A DNA stretch of 64,000 bases, taken from Ylistrum balloti. Its lineage: Eukaryota. This document shows positions 1 to 10,809 of this stretch, piece after piece. Position 1 is the stretch's first letter, and every line of letters begins with the position of its first letter. The DNA lies in NCBI RefSeq assembly GCF_031769215.1, contig NW_026782296.1, forward strand, positions 186,001 to 250,000. The letters are read 5' to 3'. Under the pieces are notes generated by a model. That model was not told the DNA's origin and did no database searches. It saw only the letters and a program-made list of their open reading frames with translations. The translations under genes and the position numbers were made by a program.

Positions 1-25
1 AAAGTGTTGCTCATTACTTAGCTCA

Positions 26-3000
26 CTACTTTGCTTTTTCTTCTTTTTTCTTTGCTGCTTTTTCTTTTGCCTTTCATTTCAAAATATGCAAAATCATATT
101 ACACCAACAGTTGTACAAAAGTCACATCTTTCTTCTCTTTTTAGAAAGCTTCAACTTCACAAACAAGAAATGTTATTGTTTAGCCAATTATATTTATTAG
201 AAAAGAAAAGTTGCAATAAGTTAGACCATTAAACATTAAAGATAACTGATGACACATATTTATCATTATAGAAATTTAGTTTGTACTAAAGATCAAGGGA
301 GATAGATAACAAACATTAATGGCTTGGAACAAAAATGAAGCAAGATTATTTCAAAACACCTTTAATGACCACTTATATTTTTAATAAAGTGCAAGAAGTG
401 TTTTTGCCCTTAATGTTTCTGTTCTGCTACCTTCTCCACTATGGGCACTAGCTGTACTTTGCTAACATCTACTACCCCACAATAAACACTTACCTTCTCG
501 ACTAGGGGCACTAGCTGTTTTTGTTCTGCTAATATCTTTAAAAGTTCCATGATGAATGGGAGGTAATTGTGCTTCCTTCTGATGTTCTCTACCTGTTATA
601 ATAACAAATAAATTCAATGTTAACTGCTGATTCTACTTAAGTTTGAAGATCTAACATTTAGAACATGATATTTGATATGATATTTAATATGAATGCCTCC
701 ATTTCCATGCAAATTAGTATCATTGTTTGAATAATTCTATAAATAGCAAGTGGCCTTCACATCAGAACTTTGAAGCAAAAGATCATTGAAGATATTCAGT
801 GTAACCTTGAAACTCTGACAGAAGAGTTCATTGGAAGTTTTCTGACAGTGTAACAGTCATTATGACATAGATCTTCAGAATGCTTAAAACATATGACATA
901 AACTTCAGATATACCCTCTATGATGACCTGAAACACAAACTAATTCATGGATTTCGCAAAATGTTTAGTCAAATTCCTTTAAGAAGTTAAATGAAAAATT
1001 TAATGAATTTACTGATAAGATATTTATAAGCTGCTGAAAATATAAAACTTTTTCACCCACCAACAGCAGATTACCTTGTAGTTTCCCTCCTTTTCCCTAA
1101 TACAGTAAAGATCTTTGTACCACTGTCTCTCTCCAATAATGAAGTACCTTGTACCTCTGTTTCCATCTCTTTCCCTCATACAATAAGGAGGCCTTGAACC
1201 AGTCTCCTTCCTACCTACAGTACAGTACCTTGTACCTGTCTCCCTCCTACCTACAGTACAGTACCTTGTACCTGTCTCCCTCCTACCTACAGTACAGTAC
1301 CTTGTACCTGTCTCCCTCCTACCTACAGTACAGTACCTTGTACCTGCCTCCCTCCTACCTACAGTACAGTACCTGGTACCTATGTGTCTCTCCTACCTAC
1401 AGTACAGTACCTTGTACCTGCCTCCCTCCTACCTACAGTTCAGTACCTGGTACCTATGTGTCTCTCCTACCTACAGTTCAGTACCTGGTACCTATGTGTC
1501 TCTCCTACCTACAGTTCAGTACCTGGTACCTATGTGTCCCTCCTACCTACAGTACAGTACCTTGTACCTGTCTCCCTCCTACCTACAGTTCAGTACCTGG
1601 TACCTATGTGTCCCTCCTACCTACAGTACAGTACCTTGTACCTGTCTCCCTCCTACCTACAGTTCAGTACCTGGTACCTATGTGTCCCTCCTACCTACAG
1701 TACAGTACCTTGTACCTGTCTCCCTCCTACCTACAGTTCAGTACCTGGTACCTATGTGTCTCTCCTACCTACAGTTCAGTACCTGGTACCTATGTGTCTC
1801 TCCTACCTACAGTACAGTACCTTGTACCTGCCTCCCTCCTACCTACAGTACAGTACCTGGTACCTATGTGTCTCTCCTACCTACAGTACAGTACCTTGTA
1901 CCTGCCTCCCTCCTACCTACAGTTCAGTACCTGGTACCTATGTGTCTCTCCTACCTACAGTTCAGTACCTGGTACCTATGTGTCTCTCCTACCTACAGTT
2001 CAGTACCTGGTACCTATGTGTCCCTCCTACCTACAGTACAGTACCTTGTACCTGCCTCCCTCCTACCTACAGTACAGTACCTGGTACCTATGTGTCTCTC
2101 CTACCTACAGTACAGTACCTTGTACCTGCCTCCCTCCTACCTACAGTTCAGTACCTGGTACCTATGTGTCTCTCCTACCTACAGTTCAGTACCTGGTACC
2201 TATGTGTCTCTCCTACCTACAGTACAGTACCTTGTACCTGCCTCCCTCCTACCTACAGTACAGTACCTGGTACCTATGTGTCTCTCCTACCTACAGTACA
2301 GTACCTTGTACCTGCCTCCCTCCTACCTACAGTTCAGTACCTGGTACCTATGTGTCTCTCCTACCTACAGTTCAGTACCTGGTACCTATGTGTCTCTCCT
2401 ACCTACAGTTCAGTACCTGGTACCTATGTGTCCCTCCTACCTACAGTACAGTACCTTGTACCTGCCTCCCTCCTACCTACAGTACAGTACCTGGTACCTA
2501 CCTATGTGTACCTACCTGCCTCCCTCCTACCTACAGTTCAGTACCTGGTACCTATGTGTCTCTCCTACCTACAGTTCAGTACCTGGTACCTATGTGTCTC
2601 TCCTACCTACAGTACAGTACCTTGTACCTCTGTGTCTTCCTCTCTTCCTCTTGTATCAGATCCTGCAGATTTGTCAGCTCTGTAGGAATGTTGTCTGTTT
2701 CCATGGCATCATCCTTAAAACAAGTCATACAAACTTGTCATCAATTAAAAAATGAACCATTTGTCTTCAGCGATAAGATAAAGTGTTTATAAGATTTCAT
2801 CACTGATAATGTAGACTGGAACACTTTTCATTACTATTGCTACCTGTCTGTGTTTCAGTATGTAAGAAAAGAAAAACATAACTGATAAAATGTAAAATGA
2901 TAGAAATACCTGTAACCGTGCTGTCAGTTCAGCAACCCGTCTTTCATACACATTTTTTCTGTCTGATACTATAGCCATCAGATTGAAGTGAATCTCATCT

Positions 3001-6000
3001 GTGCTGTACCTAAAATGACACTTTCATCATGAGAGTCCGCCTGTTGACTTTATGTCACAATATATAACAAAAAACAAAAATGAACAAAAACGGAACAACG
3101 AAAATGCGATGTTTTTATTCTGTTTTGCACAGTTTCATTATCCTTCTTAAAAAAGTTTAAGTTATGCTTGGGACGTTGAACTTTAAGAAAGGATAATAAT
3201 TCAGTAATTAAAGTTTTGCTGATTTTGGATTTGGTACACTGCACTACATCTTAGAATTACCGATGTACACACCAAGTTTCATTATCCTTGCTTAATTGTT
3301 GGAAAAGTTATGCTCTGAGCACAAAAGGACAGACAGATGGATGGACAGACTGACAAAGTGGCACCAGATGATGTTCCCTTGAAAATTTTCAGGGATAGAT
3401 ATTCTTCATGTCAACATTGACATGCTTGTTAACAGGCCAAAGGACTTTGAAAGGAGGACACAAACGGATGTAGTAAAACTTACTTTTGCATCCTTTTCTC
3501 TAGGACCGGTCTGACCAGTGTGAGCCAATCAGTCTCTCCGGGTATTGCACCTGAAAAACAAGTCTGTAGTCAGAATACACATAAAAATAGAAAATGTCTC
3601 TAAGATATAAATGCATTTGCCCTCAAGTGAAATTAGTTAATGGGGGTGGGAAGGAGAGGGGAGGTGTTTCATGAAGGAAAATTAAAACAGTGAAGTACTT
3701 AAATTGAATCAGTTGATGATTTTCTATATATAGCAAAGGTGGCCTTGGCCTTGGCTTTGGGCCCCTGAAACAAAACAAAGTCCAAAGTATACTTATAATT
3801 GGCTTTTGTATAATGGTGACCAAAACTAACAGTTTCGGTGTAGTTCATTCTCTGATTAACCAGGCTACTAGGTATTAATCTTGAATTGGAAAGAAATACC
3901 ATTAGCATATTTAAGTGTTTATCAAGTAAACAATGAACCAATAGTGTAAACTATTAAGTCATTAGGTACAAATAAAAGGTATTATAGAAATGGGTAGAAA
4001 CTAGTCATGACTAGAACATTATCTAATAACATTACTCAAAGCCATGATTATGTCCAGTAGAGTGACTAAACATGGTTCTCACTTACCTAAATCTACTGGG
4101 CCATCCTTAAGGCCATCCAATTCATAAAGACGGCCATCAATGGGGAGGTAACCCACAAAGTGGTATACATCGTCATCCTTCTTTGCCATCTTCTCATCAA
4201 ACTCAAACATCTGTTGTCTTTACAAAGATACAAGATAAAAGATATCTTAGGATTATACACTAACAATGAAATTATCTCAAAATAAAAACTCAATATCAAT
4301 TTAAATTCATCAAATCAATGTAGTATATGACAGATAACATGTCGCAGACTAAGTATCTGTGTTACCACAGACATAAATTAATTGAAACCCAAGTTCATAT
4401 TTCAAAGGAAAACAAAACAAAGCACATTTACAATCATTTACACAATTGTAACATATAGTATATCAGATTATTTTCATAGGATGCAATTTTTTGTAAAAAC
4501 CTTGAAAGAGAATCATTTGCATTGTTTACTAATTCTATCTTTGTAATTTCATGGTTTTAGAAAACTGACCATACATAAACATTGCTTGATTTCTCTAACA
4601 ATCTCATTCCACATCAAAACGACTATGCCACAACGCATTAATAATTAGATAATCTAATGAAAAAGTAATTAATCAATTACAATGGAAAGGAATTAACAAA
4701 ATGAATGTGAAACAGTTTTTTGTCTAGGGAAACTCTGTGGACTTATTTCATTTTGGGAAATCTTGTGGACTTGCTTTACCTCGGAAAATTTGTAGACATG
4801 TGTGGGCTTTTATCTAAGGAAACTCTTGCCAACTTGTTATACATTAGATAATGCTTGTGGACATGTCTTACAGTTGGAAACTTTTGTGGGTTGGTTTTAC
4901 TTTGAGAAACTACTTTGGATTTGTTTTACATTGAGAAACTCTTCTTCAAGGGAGACTCGTAACAACCTGCTTCATCTCTAGAAACTATTAAAGATTTTTA
5001 TGTTCTACTGTATGTTACAACACCGAATTACCTTACCTAGAGAAACTGTTGTGGACCTGTTTGATGATGTCTGAATTACTCAGTGTTAATCCTCGTAACT
5101 GAAAACAAGAAGCTTGTGTTTATTCTATTTGTAACATGCAGTTGGAACTGAGAACATGACTGTCATGTATTGAATATAATGCAACACTCTCATAAATGGA
5201 CAAGAGTTGTCCTATCACAACCTAGATATCGTAATTGTTGCTTGGTATTACAGCCAAAAAAGTTAGGAGGACCAAATCAATAACCATTATTGTCACAAGC
5301 AAATAAACCAAAATCTCTGTTCATTCCTATACCTTGAATAATTAAAAGCAGTAAACTACATAACTTAAGTAAATGTTTACATGACATTTATTCTAAGTGG
5401 ACACAGAACTCCAAACAGAAAATATGCTTTTTCTCTTCAAAGAGGCATTTGAAAATAAAATACGTAAATGTATACCCAAAGTCAATGGAAAATCTATTAC
5501 ACAAATAAACTTTATGGCTTTTGCTTAAGTCTATGTACATGGCTAGATGCTAACTTACTGCTGGCTCAAATCCTTGAACAAATTCCTTGAATGACTGAAG
5601 TGTGTCTCCGATACTGACATCTTTATGGTCACAATTGAGGAGTATACTAAGGATAGCCTGTGTCGCACATGCATTGTTAATAACCTGTAATAAACAAAAC
5701 ATAAAATAAGTATCATTAGGGGTCCGTATATGTCACAAAATATAAAATCAGAGTCGTAAGACATTATATAATTTAAGATTCCACTATAAATTACAAACAG
5801 TCTTACTGGTCACATTGGTCAGTATCTGTAAAATTCAATCTTATCATCTCTATCATTACCCTCACAAATTTGTTTGGCTATACTAAAATTTGAATCCAAC
5901 ATCATTGATACATATCTTGTGTGTCTTTAGTAGGTTAATAGATAAACTTACAATGTAGATAAACTTACAATGTGTTACCCAAACAGACTGATCATTTAGT

Positions 6001-8376
6001 GCACATCCAAATACATACCTGTTTAGCAAAGAATATTTTTTCCAGTCGGCTATCCTGAACAATAGAATCCTGTGGTTCTGATTCTGGCTGCCATTTGAAC
6101 AAGAATATCAAACCATGTACGGGTCTGGAAATGAACATGAAAATGTTATACATCTCAAAACTGTTGACGTTATTTATTTACTTTGAATTTGAGTAAGTGT
6201 TGAGTTACCAAACCAAATGATGACTTCACTAAATAGTGTATATTCCAAAACTTATCTCAACTGTGTGAGAGAGAATTTCACCAGTATACCTATCTCTGAG
6301 ATGCTTCATAAATGATCATCTATCAAATTTTGAAATACCTCCTACATAAGAAATTTTCTTGTGTTTTCTATGGTACCTAATCAAAGATCTACGTACAAAT
6401 GATCTCTAGGACTTTCTGCAATACCTCATGAATTATTTATATGAAAATGTTGTCTATGACATTTTGTGATGCCACAACAATTATCTACATCTTTATGTTG
6501 TCTTCTGAGTTTCTTTGATTGTTCTGCATGGAAAAATAATGACCTACTACATCTATCTTTTTAACACTTATGTTCTTTTTTCCAACCTCCTGCAAGCTTG
6601 AAAGTTCGGATAAGTGCATTTAGCTGTTGGACAAGTGGTTTTCAAATTCACTTGTCCATTTGGATAAGTGAGAAAAATTGATAGAGTCCTGTAATATATT
6701 CATCAAAGAATTTTTTCAACTTCCAGGCACTTTCATTGGTTATAATACCCACTTGAGTTTTTCAAAACTGTCTGGATCCATACTCCATATTTCTTCCACC
6801 TGAACACCTGTGCACCCTATCGATAAACAACAGAATTCATAATCAATACACACATTGCACATGTTACAGTACAGCAGCATTCTGACTTGAGAATACTGAT
6901 CTATCAAGATGGAAAGTAAAATACATTATTGTATGATGAAGTGGACTGTGGATTTTAAAATGCCTATTCTTAAATCAAATATACCCATCTAGATTTATCT
7001 TTGAGTTTGAAAGGTACAAGAAGCAGTACTGATGACTGTGTCAGCACCTCATATTTAGAGATCAGTGGATTGGGGAAAGAGTTTTGTCTCGCATCAATAA
7101 TGATATGCATGAAACATAAGGTTTCAATCACAATATGACCAAATAGTGTAAATGATTAACTGATTTTGATTGCTGCATGGACTTCAACCTAAGTCACTGT
7201 CATAATGGCATACACTTTGGTATAATGAGGGAAAAGTTTTATTTTCAAGACATGATTTTTTTCAAGAGAGGTAAAATTAATATTTTCATCTACATATTAA
7301 ATAAATAATAATAATAATTACCTTTATTTATCGTCATGTACAGGTTAACAACAAACATAAGCTCTGTAAAGCTTTTATTATGACGTCGCTGAGGGAACAA
7401 ATGTTGTTTCAACGGTGCAGGAAAACCCACGGGGGAAAACCACCGTGTCATCAGAGGGATAACAACTAACCCTATCAGACATCACTGTCTTTTTCCATCA
7501 CCGCTGGGGATCAAACCGGAATTCTTGGGAGAATGAGTGGTCTGAAGCTCTGTGCGCATTAGCGATCACGGCTACCGAGTTGGTATGTTATTGTTTCATT
7601 TAACAAAATACTACAATTAACTTTCATCATAGTTCAACTTTCTTTTTAATGTAACTATGCATGTAGATTGTGTCAACAGAAACGCTTACTATTATCTTGG
7701 CATTATTAAAGGGGCATGCCTATTTTTTCATATACAATGAATATAAATGAAGTAACCATACAAATATTTATGGTAATAACTTGGTGTGTGTACATGCTTA
7801 TCTTTGAAGTCTGTCTGATGCGAAATGTCATGCAATGTAGCTCCGCCTTCAATTCAGTTTGAAATGAGACATGGCTCTGCCCTGGAATATTTGCATATTA
7901 GCTTATGCTTTTGTAATTGACAATGTCCTGGACTCATTTATATCGAATGTTTGACAATGTCCCTCGTCCGTCAGATATAAATGAGTCCTAGTTGCAAGGA
8001 GGAATCCCAGAGAGGACTTAAAGTTGGATTTGTCAATTAAGATATGAAATTATTTCCAAAGAATAGATTTTTGTCCGTTTACGGCTTTGGTACTCATAAG
8101 ACTATTTCAAATGCTAAGTATGCGCTTATATCAAGACAAATAACATTTATAAGTTAACGTCGAAAAAAATGTGTCGCACTGTTCCGAAGATGTCAACTGC
8201 TTTAGATCAAGATGTTTATTTTGTCGCCAGAGTTTTGATACACTCGCAGCATAATTCCCATAAAAATCAAATATAAATCGCATCTATAGTTTCATCTTAC
8301 CAAATCCTTTGATAAGTTCCGTGAATACACCAGGATCGCTTTCAATCAAACACCAATCTCCTGCACTCGTCGCCAT
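26..8376 (-). CDS. UCHL5: Ubiquitin carboxyl-terminal hydrolase L5 (UCH37), 11 coding exons, 322 aa
   Basis: Exons: 8301-8376, 6753-6816, 6019-6124, 5559-5684, 5037-5098, 4087-4217, 3484-3550, 2910-3009, 2621-2713, 494-592, 26-70 (969 nt, all GT-AG, phases consistent). Translation [26 protein letters not shown]...[11 protein letters not shown] (catalytic Cys)...YHFVGY (His)...LYELDG (Asp)...[19 protein letters not shown]...[14 protein letters not shown]. Confidence 0.97.
1210..2620. repeat. Minisatellite of interspersed 36-bp and 38-bp units (about 38 copies) in UCHL5 intron 9
   Basis: Units cctacctacagtacagtaccttgtacctg(t/c)ctccct and cctacctacag(t/a)cagtacctggtacctatgtgtc(t/c)ct; abuts the exon 9 donor; older degenerate copies at 1070-1210. 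Confidence 0.97.
4717..4990. repeat. Degenerate ~30-bp tandem repeat (about 9 units) in UCHL5 intron 5
   Basis: Units resemble ttttac-ytwgagaaactyttgtggacttg, similar to the exon 5 junction ccttac-ctagagaaactgttgtggacctg. Confidence 0.75.
7300..7583 (-). mobile_element. tRNA-derived SINE in UCHL5 intron 1
   Basis: Minus-strand head with an A-box-like (tagccgtgatcg) and a B-box-like (ggtttgatccc) motif, body with gtgggttttcc, and a (TTA)n-like tail near 7300-7325. Confidence 0.7.
7930..7988. repeat. Perfect 15-bp inverted repeat with a 29-nt spacer (MITE-like remnant)
   Basis: ggactcatttatatc (7930-7944) and gatataaatgagtcc (7974-7988). Confidence 0.8.
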
Positions 8377-8598
8377 TTTTGCAATTTATACCGGAAGTCG
8401 CACATGGACAACCAAAGCAGGCAAAAGTAAGGGATATGTTCTATTGAAGTTTTTTCTTTTTACTTGAATTTGATATTTTTGATCCTACAAAGCCTTAAAT
8501 GATATTATTTTGTACATGTTAAACAAACATTACTATTACATTTGAAATATATCAAATTTCATTGCGCTCTCATAATTATCGACTATTTTCCCTTACAG
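8377..8598. promoter_or_regulatory. Compact bidirectional promoter region UCHL5/CISD3-like, with a probable non-coding first exon ending at 8426 (+)
   Basis: Head-to-head genes; ETS-type CCGGAAGT at 8391-8398; donor AA|gtaagg at 8427 and acceptor ttttcccttacag at 8598; CpG-rich relative to the flanking gene bodies. Confidence 0.65.
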
Positions 8599-8639
8599 GA
8601 AGTTTTGGATGATAACTAATAGAGAAAATAGGAAAAAGA

Positions 8640-10809
8640 ATGACGGACTCCGACGGCCAGTCCCAGAGCCCGAATAATGTTTACCCAACTGTTGCGATGG
8701 TTTGTAATCAGTGAAATTTAGATATCTAGCTACGAATCCCAGTCATATTAACCTTTCCATGGTAGTCACCAAGCACACGCAAAATAATTTGATCACTGGT
8801 GTTTTACACAAGCCTGTCTCACTACAGTGCACTGATCAGGCCACTGGTAACTACCCATGATCAAATGACTACAGGAAGTCACAAAGCTCAGTCACTAATC
8901 ACACTGCCGGTCGTGACCCACCCCACTCTGATTAATTTAGCACTGGTATTTACCCAGCCCAGTCACACCTACCTGGATGCCTCAGGCTGCTGATAGTCAC
9001 CCAGCCCATACACAAGCCAGTCACACAAACCAGACCACTGGTAGTTACCCAGAGCAGTCACATTAATGTGTCCACTAGTATTCAGGGACTCTAACCTGAC
9101 TACATAGGTAGTCATGCAGACCTGTCACACTTCAGTTTACTCAACTGAGATCAAGTTCTTTCACAAATGGGCAAAACTTATGCAATACTGATTGAATTGG
9201 TTTTGTTGTTGTTTTTTTTCACAGAGTAGGTTACTAACATAATTCATTGTCAGTTTTGTGGTGTTTGACCTCCAAAATTAAAAAGTCCAAACTGAACTGG
9301 CTACAGTAAGATATTGCTGTGTTTGTTGCAGTGTCTCCAATAGTCCAAATCATTCCGATATTCTATGCATTTTTTTTTTTGTATTCATCTGGAGTAGACT
9401 CAAAGTCGATACATCAAAGTGGATACAATGTCAGAATATTTAAAACTGCCTTTCCTATAGAGAAAACTAATATGCCTGTTAAGACCATGTTAAGTCATTT
9501 TCATCTGGTCTTTTAAGTTTCAGTAACATATTTAGGTAAAAATAATGTTCATTGTTGACTTATAACCATATGTTTAGCTACTAGTATACTAAAGATTGAA
9601 ATATTTCTAAATTTTAACTTTTTTTTTTTCAGTATGGCCCATGTACTGTAAGGAACCTGAAGAAAGGGGAGACCAAATTATGGTGTGCTTGTGGTCTAAG
9701 TAAGAAACAGCCCTGGTGTGATGGTAGGTACATTTTCTGTGGACAGTGAATGAATGAATGGCTACCCATATACATATAGTCCTAATTTGAAATGCTATAA
9801 AATTTTGATCAAATTCTTTTTTAATTTTTTACTAACTTGAAACAATTTCTGAAATTGATATTTTAAATTTTTAATCTAGTATGTAGGAAAAAAAACATGT
9901 CATTCAATGCTGATGAAATGTTTTGTTAACTTTTTGTTAGTCCTGTTTAGCTAACAGTGGGTCATTTGAATCACTCTCACTAACTGGAACTTTCAGTTGA
10001 AGTTTAAAACTTGGATAACACTTAAATGGGACATTATTTCAATGTTTGTTATAACAAGCTTTGAAACATTTCAATGCCAGGGCTTGGACAACCTGTTCTA
10101 GGAGTTTGTTCCATTTTTGACAACATGTCTACAAAATTGTATTCTGTGTGGTTCTGTGCCTACTTTTTCTCCTTTACATCTTGCCATCTAGTTCTTCTGT
10201 TATCCTTTTCAGTAAATAGAAGCTTTTCAGTAAATATAAGTTTTTTGTCTGCTTTGTTCAAATTGTTCAGAATGGTCTCCACCATGTTGTTTCCGAGTTG
10301 TCTGGATTCCTGTGCAGGGAGTCCATCTTGTCTTCCTAGGTATGACAGGTCCTTTAATGTTACTACGCTTTTAGTAGCTCTTCGCTTTACATTTTCGCTT
10401 CAGACCAAACATGGGTTGCATGTTCTAAAGGAGGTCTTAGTAAACTTTTGTATTTATAAGATTGGAAACATGTCTTTATCCATAAAGAGGAATGTCTGAA
10501 TAATACTTTATAGTTTATTGGCTTTGTTCACAGAATTGCTGGCATGAAGACCAAATTTCAATTTGTTATCAAATGTTCTACGCAGGGTCACACAAAGACA
10601 CTGGAATCAAGCCTTTAAAGTGGACAGTGAACAAGTCACAGAGTCTCTTTGCAATCTGTGCCTGCAAGTACACCAAGGACCCACCCTTCTGTGATGCTAC
10701 CCACACAAACCTGCCATGTGAAGTCCTAGCCAGACAGAAAAGTTGTACCTCTCTTCATGTTGCTGACAAAAAACTATGTACAGGCTGTGGATGGGTGCCT
10801 GATTTCTGA
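8640..10809 (+). CDS. CISD3: CDGSH iron-sulfur domain protein with two CDGSH motifs (CISD3/MiNT-like), 124 aa
   Basis: Exons 8640-8699, 9633-9723, 10586-10809 join in frame: MTDSDGQSQSPNNVYPTVAM|YGPCTVRNLKKGETKLWCACGLSKKQPWCDG|SHKDTG...ICACKYTKDPPFCDATH...LCTGCGWVPDF*. Two C-x-C-x9-C-D-x-[ST]-H motifs. The first coding exon (weak donor GTTTGT) is less certain, and strict CISD3 orthology is untested. Confidence 0.85.
8757..9130. repeat. Degenerate tandem repeat in the CISD3-like intron
   Basis: Recurrent cactggta...tacccag...cagtcac units. Confidence 0.6.
10045..10495 (-). mobile_element. Decayed 3' fragment of a CR1-type LINE (end of ORF2)
   Basis: Minus-strand conceptual peptides SLLRPPLEHATHVWS, RATKSVVTLKDLSY and KWNKLLEQVVQA...CFK match the post-RT C-terminal motifs of CR1/L2-group LINEs (LVRPHLEYA..VWS, RATK....L..LSY, WN.LP..VV.A....FK), with frameshifts. 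Confidence 0.75.

Noticed and set aside
1149-2792. Three long plus-strand ORFs (547, 457 and 433 aa)
   Set aside because: The repeat unit has no plus-strand stop codon, so all frames are open; the region is antisense within a UCHL5 intron and the peptides are low-complexity.
6216-6299. C/D-box snoRNA candidate in UCHL5 intron 2 (ATGATGA...CTGA)
   Set aside because: No terminal stem and no recognisable rRNA-complementary guide; these motifs are frequent in AT-rich DNA.
8679-9130. CISD intron array as derived from the first coding exon
   Set aside because: Only a 7-8-nt shared word (tttaccca); not distinguishable from chance.
10074-10499. 141-aa plus-strand ORF in the CISD intron
   Set aside because: Antisense shadow of a decayed CR1-type LINE fragment.
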